DNA of 32,000 nt from Patescibacteria group bacterium (GTDB lineage: Bacteria; Patescibacteriota; Patescibacteriia; 2-01-FULL-39-33), in the NCBI GenBank assembly GCA_041649575.1, contig JBAZMW010000002.1, forward strand, positions 30,001 to 62,000. Reading direction: 5' to 3'. Below, one piece after another: positions 19,286 through 26,660 of this stretch. The notes under the pieces were generated by a model. It was not told where the DNA came from. It worked only from the letters and a program-made list of their open reading frames with translations, and made no database searches. The stretch's first letter is position 1. Each line of letters begins with the position of its first letter. A program made the position numbers and the translations under genes.

Positions 19286-20537
19286 TTGTTTTCCTCCTTT
19301 GTTGGGAGGGGGCGCGGCGATTATCGCCCAAAGACTGTCTCTGGCCATGCAAAAAGCAGGTCATGAAATTTTTGTTTTTTCTATTTGCCAGAAGGAAGAA
19401 GACGCTGGCGAGCGGGAAGTGGATGGATTAAGAGTGTTCTTCTTGCGTGATCAATATAACCCAAAGTGGCGTGGCTGGCTATCTTTATACAACCGTAAAG
19501 TCCTCTCGGTTTTGGAAAAGCATTTGGCCGATTTTAGACCGGATGTGGTCCAGGCTCACAATATTCATTCCTATATTTCTTACGCTTGCTTGAAACTGTC
19601 AAAAAAATATTGCAGAAAGGTTTTTTTGACGGCTCATGATGTGGATATTTTTCATCAGGACAAATTTTTTAGTTATATCGATAGAAATAACTTAACAATT
19701 CCCAGCAGCTTCAATTACAAATTAACAATTATAGAAAGGATTAAACAGATCAAGCAAACCAAAAACCCTTTTAGGAGTTTAATTATTAAATATTACTTGA
19801 AAAACGTAAATCGGATTATTCCAGTCAGCCAGGCCCTGGAGCAGGCTTTAAAGCAGAATGGTATTACTAAATTGAGGGTCATCCATAACGGCATTGAGCC
19901 TGGTGAGGCCGTAGTTAACGCTAGAAGTCTGATTAAAGAAAGATTTAATATTGATTTGGCAAAAAAAATAATTTTAATCGCCGGTCGGTTTGGCGGGTTA
20001 AAGGGCGGTGATTTGATTCTAAAGTATGTTCAGGAAATAAAAAAATCATTTAGTGATTTTGTTTTTGCCATCGCCAGCGATAAATATCAGTATAATGAAA
20101 ATATTTTTAAGCAGGCCAAGGCCATGAACTTATCGGAGCATCTGGTTTTTACCGGTTGGCTAAATTATAGCGAGTTGAGAATTCTATATTCCGGCTGTGA
20201 TGTCTGTTTTATTCCCTCGGTTTGCTTTGACTCATTTCCCAATGACAATTTGGAAGCCATGTCTTTTAAAAAGCCGGTCGTTGGCACTTGTTTCGGTGGC
20301 ACGCCGGAAGCAGTGGTTGACGGCGAAACTGGCTACGTCGTTAATCCTTTTAATATACTTAAAGTTGCAGAAAAAATTGTAGAGTTATTAAATAATTCAA
20401 CAAAAGCAGAAAAAATGGGGGAAGCTGGATTTAGAAGGGTAAAAGAGAAATTTAGTCTAAGTGAGCAGATAAACAAATATTTTACTGTTTTTTTTGAAGC
20501 TGCTATAAATAAAGAGTCAAATAAAAAGCCACAATGA
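19263..20537 (+). CDS. Glycosyltransferase family 4
   Basis: 'LTDCFPPLLGGGAAIIAQRLSLAMQKAGHEI...DVVQAHNIHSY...IHNGIEPGE...NDNLEAMSFKKPVVGTCFGGTPEAVVDGETGYVVNP'. The start could instead be the in-frame ATG at 19272. Confidence 0.95.
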   Translation: MRIMVLTDCFPPLLGGGAAIIAQRLSLAMQKAGHEIFVFSICQKEEDAGEREVDGLRVFFLRDQYNPKWRGWLSLYNRKVLSVLEKHLADFRPDVVQAHNIHSYISYACLKLSKKYCRKVFLTAHDVDIFHQDKFFSYIDRNNLTIPSSFNYKLTIIERIKQIKQTKNPFRSLIIKYYLKNVNRIIPVSQALEQALKQNGITKLRVIHNGIEPGEAVVNARSLIKERFNIDLAKKIILIAGRFGGLKGGDLILKYVQEIKKSFSDFVFAIASDKYQYNENIFKQAKAMNLSEHLVFTGWLNYSELRILYSGCDVCFIPSVCFDSFPNDNLEAMSFKKPVVGTCFGGTPEAVVDGETGYVVNPFNILKVAEKIVELLNNSTKAEKMGEAGFRRVKEKFSLSEQINKYFTVFFEAAINKESNKKPQ

Positions 20538-22258
20538 AAAATCAGCTAATTAAAAAAATTATTTTTCCTCTATTTTTAATTTTTATTTTTATTGTCGCTA
20601 TAGGTATTTGGTCTACCCCGATTCTATTTAAAGGCTATCCGGTTTCCCTAAGGAGCGTGGAAATTGTTTTAGCTAGAAATTTAGCCCAGAGCAGTGTTTA
20701 TGGCTCGGAGAATGATTTAAATGTGGTAGTGGCGCCGGAACTCGTTAAGACCGAAGCTCATTACAGCTCTCAAGGCAACAAATTCAGTCCGATTTTTTGG
20801 TCAATGATTTTTAAGGCTTTAGGCCATCAAGACTGGAATCATCTGATCATAATTTCTTTGATTATCAACGCTTTAAGTCTGATCTTTTTTACTCTCACCA
20901 TCCGTTTTTTATTTGGTATGAAAACGGCCATGTTTTTCCCTTTTATTTATATTTTACTGCCATCAATCTGGCAGACTGCGGCCGTATCTTTGGGCGTCTA
21001 TGAATTCAGCCTGTTATTTTTCTCTCTCTTCACCTTATTTTATTTTTGGGGCGGTAAGCAAAAATTCAGTTATTTTTATCTAGTTCTGTCTGGTATCTTT
21101 ATGATTTTTTCTTGTCTAGCCAAAGAAGTGATGTTTTTGTTTGTGCCGGTTTTTTTCTTTTGGCTTTTATTTTACAAAAAGAAAAAGGAATTATTGGCTG
21201 TCTTTATTCCTTTTTTTGTCTTACTAGCGATTTTTTGGCTGCCAACCATGTTGGGATTTAAGGGCCAGAATCATTACCGTAATTTCTTCGTCGTCAATTC
21301 TGCGCAAGAAGACAGTTATGCCGATTATCACTCTTTTGGTGAGTTTTGTCGCGATCCTTATACTTTTCATTTCGAACGCGAAGCAACCAAGATTAAGTTT
21401 GAACAAAAAATTAAACAGACGGAAAATGAAGGCGGCTGGCTTTATCTAGGAGCTTTGGCTAAAACCGGAGCTAATAATGCTATTAGAAATATTAGTTTTA
21501 GCGAGCGTCTATCGGAAGGGATGGTTTTATTATTAAAGCATTTACTTCGCTACCTTTCCCTAGAAGATATTGGAGGGCCTTTTATCTTTTTATTAATGAT
21601 AATCGGTTGGTGGCAATTAAAGAAAAAGGACGTTAAGCTTCATTATCTTCTTGGCGTCTGGCTAGTCGCTGTTCCATTTCTCCTAGCTTTTGTGGCCCTG
21701 GCTAGCCGTAATCATTTAGTTGACTTTGGTTTTGCCATTGCCGGCTTGGTCTCTTTGGGTCTGATTGGTATTTGGCAAACAACCAAAGACAGCTACTCTT
21801 CCGGCAAGTATGCTAAAATATTTTTTATTCTTGTAATTTTGCTGACTTTGTACGCCTTGTTTTTGGCTGGTCGTACTTTTTGGGGCAGGGCCTATGATAG
21901 TTCAAATACTTTAGAAATACAGTATCTAGCTAAAAAAACAAATGAAATACCAAATATTAGTCCTCGGGAGGTAATTGCTGGTGGCTGTGCTTGTTTTCAG
22001 CCAACTTTGAATTATTTGACTAATAAATCAGTGGTTTTTTTCCATCCCGATACTATCAGGGAACTAGTGGAAAAAAGAAAGTTACAGGCGGCTTTTGATA
22101 AATTTGGCGTTAAATATTTTATTGGTTATGATTCTCAAATTTCTAAACTGATAGCCGAAAACAGCAATGCGAAAAACATCGCCGCTTGGCCCGAAAAAAA
22201 AGAAGTTAATCTCCCTACCAGTTATAATAAGAGTTGGCTTCTTAATTTAATCAGATAA
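20534..22258 (+). CDS. Polytopic membrane protein, GT39/ArnT-like (GT-C candidate)
   Basis: About 10 or more hydrophobic helices followed by a C-terminal soluble domain (AKKTNEIPNISPREVIAGGCACFQPTLNYLTNKS). Architecture parallels the two GT-C ORFs at 5085 and 6885. Confidence 0.6.
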   Translation: MKNQLIKKIIFPLFLIFIFIVAIGIWSTPILFKGYPVSLRSVEIVLARNLAQSSVYGSENDLNVVVAPELVKTEAHYSSQGNKFSPIFWSMIFKALGHQDWNHLIIISLIINALSLIFFTLTIRFLFGMKTAMFFPFIYILLPSIWQTAAVSLGVYEFSLLFFSLFTLFYFWGGKQKFSYFYLVLSGIFMIFSCLAKEVMFLFVPVFFFWLLFYKKKKELLAVFIPFFVLLAIFWLPTMLGFKGQNHYRNFFVVNSAQEDSYADYHSFGEFCRDPYTFHFEREATKIKFEQKIKQTENEGGWLYLGALAKTGANNAIRNISFSERLSEGMVLLLKHLLRYLSLEDIGGPFIFLLMIIGWWQLKKKDVKLHYLLGVWLVAVPFLLAFVALASRNHLVDFGFAIAGLVSLGLIGIWQTTKDSYSSGKYAKIFFILVILLTLYALFLAGRTFWGRAYDSSNTLEIQYLAKKTNEIPNISPREVIAGGCACFQPTLNYLTNKSVVFFHPDTIRELVEKRKLQAAFDKFGVKYFIGYDSQISKLIAENSNAKNIAAWPEKKEVNLPTSYNKSWLLNLIR

Positions 22259-22262
22259 AAAG

Positions 22263-23279
22263 ATGATTGATTTTAAAAATCTACCTCAAGTTGCCGGCAA
22301 TATCCTTAAAGCGAGGATTGGCCATCGCGTTCCTCTGAAAGTCACCCAGTATGTGACTTATCGTTGCAATTTAGCTTGTGGTTTTTGCGGGCGTCGTTAT
22401 TTGAAAACGTCAGAAATGGCCACCGAGCAGATTAAAAAATGCATGGATGAGTTTAAGAAAATGGGTACGATTTTTTGGTCTTTTAACGGCGGTGAGCCGC
22501 TGCTGCGTCCGGACATTGGGGAATTAATTAATTATTCCCAAAAATTAGGATTCAAGTGTTCCATTATGACTAATGGCACCTTAATTCCGGAAAAAATAGA
22601 GCAGTTGAAAGGCTTGGATTTAGTCGAAGTCAGTCTCGATGGTCCCGAGGAAATAAATGACGCCATTAGGGGTCAGGGCACCTTTAAAAAAGTTATCAAG
22701 GCGATAGAAATATTAAGGGCTAATAACATCTTGGTCTGTATTGATTCGGTTATCAACAGCACCAACCTCGATTATTTAGACGAGCTTTGGAAAATAAGCG
22801 AAAAATACGGTACTCAATTGGAGTTTCAGCCGGTTATTATCCATAGTGGTGATCAAGAAAAAAAAGCGGCTCAATATTTTCCGGCCAAGGAAAAATTTTT
22901 GGTGGCGATTAACTGGTTAATCGCTCAAAAGAGACAAGGCCGTAAAATTAACAACTCTTTTTCTTATTTAGAACAACTAAAAAGTTATCCAGATCTGCCC
23001 ATGTCTTTAGACTGCTGGGCGTCTTATCTTTTTTGTGTCATCACTCCCGATGGCTTTGTGGCGCCTTGCGCCGTTATGCTTGATGAACAGGAGAAATTCA
23101 AAAATGGCCTGGAAGTTAGTTTTGAAAAAGCTTTTTATAGTCTACCGGATCTTAAAAAATGTCGTCGTTGTTTTTTTAGTTGTTATGGGGAATATAACTG
23201 TGCGCTTAATTCATTAACTAAAACCGGATTAAAGTTTATCAAAAATAAAATATTGGGTAGCGGTTGGTTTTGGCAGTAA
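22263..23279 (+). CDS. Radical SAM protein with SPASM/twitch-like C-terminus
   Basis: 'YVTYRCNLACGFCGRRYL' (CxxxCxxC), 'FNGGEPLLRPDIGELINYSQKLGFKCSIMTNGTLI' and 'VEVSLDGPEEINDAIRG'. The Cys-rich C-terminus is 'LDCWASYLFCVITPDGFVAPCAV...CRRCFFSCYGEYNC'. Confidence 0.93.
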   Translation: MIDFKNLPQVAGNILKARIGHRVPLKVTQYVTYRCNLACGFCGRRYLKTSEMATEQIKKCMDEFKKMGTIFWSFNGGEPLLRPDIGELINYSQKLGFKCSIMTNGTLIPEKIEQLKGLDLVEVSLDGPEEINDAIRGQGTFKKVIKAIEILRANNILVCIDSVINSTNLDYLDELWKISEKYGTQLEFQPVIIHSGDQEKKAAQYFPAKEKFLVAINWLIAQKRQGRKINNSFSYLEQLKSYPDLPMSLDCWASYLFCVITPDGFVAPCAVMLDEQEKFKNGLEVSFEKAFYSLPDLKKCRRCFFSCYGEYNCALNSLTKTGLKFIKNKILGSGWFWQ

Positions 23280-23280
23280 T

Positions 23281-24270
23281 TTATTTTTTTTGCCAAAAAA
23301 AGAAGATGTCTGCGTACATATTCCAAACATCACACTTGGCGCAGATGGAAATCTGGTCATACTTACCTTGAAGATGAAGTTGCCTATATTTTTTTATCAA
23401 TTCTGAATTCCAAATTTTATTAACGGTTTGGTCACTGGCGTTTCCCAAGACGCCCACTCTGGCTAGGTCGTCGCAACAAATGGAGACATCGCCGTTAAAA
23501 TGGACAGCCGGGGAAAACCACAGATGATAACAAGGATATCTTTTGTGATTTTTTCTGACATGGCTTTTTGCCACGTTGCCGCCATAATTGTGTTGGTCTC
23601 GCAGTTCGATGATGACTTTTTCGTTTTGCCATTTGGAAATGAAGTTTTTTGCCTGCGATTGCGTGTCATCGTCAACAATCATCCGGACAAAAATTTTTGG
23701 TTTTGCCGCCCGCCCCTTAATTTTTATCAGCTCTTTGACGTTTTTTTCCACTTCATCTAGTTTGTCCACCCCGGTTTTTTCGCGGTAGGTTTGCGCTTCC
23801 GGGCTTAGGAAACTAATGGAAACCTTGTCAATCCCGATTCTAACAATCTGTTCTGCGATGGTCGGAGACAGTAGAGATCCGTTGGTGGTTAAGGAAATGC
23901 TGTTTCGCCGATTTTTTTCTTTGATGTATTTGGCCATCTCCATGAGCCGTGGGTTAATCAGCGGTTCACCAGACAAATGGAGAGAAAAATTTCTCGGGCC
24001 ATAATTGGCCGCCTCATTAACTATCTTTTTAAAAAAATCAAAATCCATACTACCGATCAGGGTTTTGCCGGTTATCCGGGCGCAGATGCGGCAATTGAAA
24101 TTACAAACAGAGGTCGATTCCAAAAAAATATGTTGAGGGAAATCATAATTGATCATCCTTTGGACAAAGACTTTTTTAAACCAGCTAAGAGGCGGGAAAT
24201 TACTCCAATCATCTAGTTTTTTGACGTTGATTTTAGAATTTAGATAGCTGAAAAAATCATTTTTAGTCAT
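23281..24270 (-). CDS. Radical SAM/SPASM domain-containing protein
   Basis: 'ESTSVCNFNCRICARITGK', 'LHLSGEPLINPRLMEMAKYIKEK..ISLTTNGSLL' and 'VSISFLSPEAQTYREKTG'. SPASM-like end: 'YPCYHLWFSPAVHFNGDVSICCDD...GNASDQTVNKIWNSELIKKYRQLHLQGKYDQISICAKC'. Confidence 0.94.
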   Translation of the reverse strand: MTKNDFFSYLNSKINVKKLDDWSNFPPLSWFKKVFVQRMINYDFPQHIFLESTSVCNFNCRICARITGKTLIGSMDFDFFKKIVNEAANYGPRNFSLHLSGEPLINPRLMEMAKYIKEKNRRNSISLTTNGSLLSPTIAEQIVRIGIDKVSISFLSPEAQTYREKTGVDKLDEVEKNVKELIKIKGRAAKPKIFVRMIVDDDTQSQAKNFISKWQNEKVIIELRDQHNYGGNVAKSHVRKNHKRYPCYHLWFSPAVHFNGDVSICCDDLARVGVLGNASDQTVNKIWNSELIKKYRQLHLQGKYDQISICAKCDVWNMYADIFFFWQKK

Positions 24271-26660
24271 GGAGATGGGTTTATTTTTTTAAAAGGCACT
24301 GGTTTAAAGATGGTCATAATTGCTCCCCATAAGCTGGTTAGGATAAAATTAAGCAGAATAATTTCAGATAGTAGTACCAGTGATTCAGTGGATTTTACCA
24401 GCGGCCCCAAAAGAATAATAAGCGCGGCCTCTCTGGTGCCGATACCCAGAAAAGATATGGGCAGCAGGCTTAGAAAGGAAGCGATCGCGACAGAGGTTAT
24501 CAGTTCAGGAAAACTGACGACGGTTAAATTTATAGCCTGGCCGAAAAAGTAAATCTGTCCCGAATAAATTACCCAAGAAAGAGCCGTGATCAAAAATCCT
24601 ATAAAATACGTTTTGTAATTGTAGGTTTTTAGGCCGGTTTTAAAACTATTAATCTCGCTAGTCAGGCCAGCAGGCATCAGCCGATAAAATATTTTTTCAA
24701 TAAATTTTCTAAAAAATTTATTTTTTATGGCCAGCAGCGCCGCCAGAATCAGCAGGATGATTACAAGGTAGAGTAGAAAGAATTTTTCCAAATAACGACT
24801 GAAAAAGAAAATCAAACCAACTAAGCTAAATAGTAGTAAAAAAAATAAATCAAACAATCTATCCATAATAACGCTTACCAGAGACTCTCCTGATTTATAG
24901 CCTTTGGCTTTCAAATAATAAATTTTGATCAGTTCGGCGATCCGGCCGGGCGTAACGGAAGCAAAACCCAAGGCCGCGATATAGATTTTAAATGATTCCA
25001 TTATTTTGTAAACAATGCCTTGTTTTTTCTTAAGATAATTCCAACGCCAGGCCCTTACAAAAAGGTAAGGAACAGTTAAAAGCATGCCGAATAGCATAAG
25101 GGCATAGTTCATGGTTTTTAAAAGCTGGATCGTGGCCGTCCAGTTGATTTCCTTGGCAATAATAACAACCAGAACCAAACTAATTAGAAAATAATATTTT
25201 TTGGAAATAGTTTTCAACGGCCGATAAAAGGGAGAGTTTTTAATGATCAATTTCAAAAGCTTGATTCCCGCCCGTAAATTATTTTTTAAATTATTCCAAC
25301 TGCGCAATTCTAAAATTCTTCTTAAAATATAACGTGGCGCAAGGTAATATGAGCGGTAGGCGGCAATCACCATGGAAAACAGTTCCTTTCGGGAAAAAGT
25401 TTCGTCCCAAACCGGCGGCAGAAAATCTGGTTTAGGGTCGAGCGCGAATTTTTGCCAGAAATCTTCTTTAAAAACGCCTTCTTTTTTCCCCATTAGATAT
25501 AAATCAGTAGCCGCGGGAAACAAGGTTAGCACAGAAAAGTGGACATAGTCGGGAAAAAGTTTTTTGGCTAATTTGATCGTTGCTTTGATATCGGCTTCAG
25601 TTTCATGAGGCGAACCGATCATAAAATACCCGGCCGTTTCTATGCCCGCCTTTTTCGTCAGGGCAAAAGCCTTTTTGACCATGGGCATAGAGATATCTTT
25701 TCTTAATATTTTGAGGATTTTTTCCGTACCCGCTTCAACACCGTAGTGGATTCTGGTGCAGCTAGCCTTTTTCATTAATTTTAACAACTCTTCATCCACG
25801 GTGTTGACCCTAGCTCTCACATCCCAATTTATTTTTAATCCCTTTTGGATAATGAGGCGGCAGATATCTATCACTCGTTGGCGGTCAATGGTAAAAGTGT
25901 CGTCGTAAATGAAGATTTCTTTAATGCCTAATTTTTTTATCTCTTCCATTTCCGCGACCACATTGGGAGCGCTCCGAGCCCTGAAAGCCTTGCCCATGTG
26001 CGGCCGATCGCAGAACAGGCATTGGTAGGGGCAGCCACGCGAGGTGAACATAATGGTCGTGGGATTTTTCTGGGCTACTATGGAGTAATATTTTTTGTAA
26101 GGAGTGAGTTCTCTGGCTGGAAAGGGCAAAGAATCCAAATCTTGAATTAATTCCCTTTTTCCAGTATTGATAATCTTCCCACCTTCCTTAAAAATCAGTC
26201 CTTTGATGTTTTTTGTTTTTTCCGGATTATCAAGATTATCAAGTAATTCGGCTAAGGCTATCTCGCCTTCACCTACCACCAGATAGTCAACAAAATCGTT
26301 ATTAATGGTTTCTTCTGGATAAAGATAGGTATGAGGTCCGCCCAATATTATTTTTATCTGCGGGTTGGCTTTCCTCACGGCCTGGGCGATTAGGTAAACA
26401 TCGATTAAGGAAAAAGTCAAAACCGTGATGCCGATTGCATCAGGATCCTCGGCCACAATCCTGGAAACAATTTCCTCATTGCTGATGTCCTCCATCGGAC
26501 AATCCAGCACTTTTACCTGGTGAGGAGTATTTTTTTGTAGGTAGCCGGCCAAATATAAAAGACTTAGAGGCGGTAAAAAATCCATGCCCGATTCCAGTTC
26601 TTTGGGCATGTCGCTTTCAATTATTTTGGCGAGCGGCGGGTTAATTAAGAGTATTTTCAT
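24267..26660 (-). CDS. Fusion protein: B12-binding radical SAM enzyme (N-terminal ~470 aa) plus lysylphosphatidylglycerol synthase TM / flippase-like membrane domain (C-terminal ~310 aa)
   Basis: N-terminus: 'MKILLINPPLAK..LPPLSLLYLAGYL..IILGGPHTYLYPEE..VVGEGE' and 'FTSRGCPYQCLFCDRPH'. C-terminus: 'WTATIQLLKTMNYALMLFGMLL...AWRWNYLKKKQG...ALGFASVTPGRIAELIKIYYLKAKG...VIMDRLFDLFFLLLFSLVG...SFLSLLPISFLGIGTREAALI', characteristic of PF03706-type proteins. The ORF is continuous with no internal stop. Confidence 0.93.
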   Translation of the reverse strand: MKILLINPPLAKIIESDMPKELESGMDFLPPLSLLYLAGYLQKNTPHQVKVLDCPMEDISNEEIVSRIVAEDPDAIGITVLTFSLIDVYLIAQAVRKANPQIKIILGGPHTYLYPEETINNDFVDYLVVGEGEIALAELLDNLDNPEKTKNIKGLIFKEGGKIINTGKRELIQDLDSLPFPARELTPYKKYYSIVAQKNPTTIMFTSRGCPYQCLFCDRPHMGKAFRARSAPNVVAEMEEIKKLGIKEIFIYDDTFTIDRQRVIDICRLIIQKGLKINWDVRARVNTVDEELLKLMKKASCTRIHYGVEAGTEKILKILRKDISMPMVKKAFALTKKAGIETAGYFMIGSPHETEADIKATIKLAKKLFPDYVHFSVLTLFPAATDLYLMGKKEGVFKEDFWQKFALDPKPDFLPPVWDETFSRKELFSMVIAAYRSYYLAPRYILRRILELRSWNNLKNNLRAGIKLLKLIIKNSPFYRPLKTISKKYYFLISLVLVVIIAKEINWTATIQLLKTMNYALMLFGMLLTVPYLFVRAWRWNYLKKKQGIVYKIMESFKIYIAALGFASVTPGRIAELIKIYYLKAKGYKSGESLVSVIMDRLFDLFFLLLFSLVGLIFFFSRYLEKFFLLYLVIILLILAALLAIKNKFFRKFIEKIFYRLMPAGLTSEINSFKTGLKTYNYKTYFIGFLITALSWVIYSGQIYFFGQAINLTVVSFPELITSVAIASFLSLLPISFLGIGTREAALIILLGPLVKSTESLVLLSEIILLNFILTSLWGAIMTIFKPVPFKKINPSP

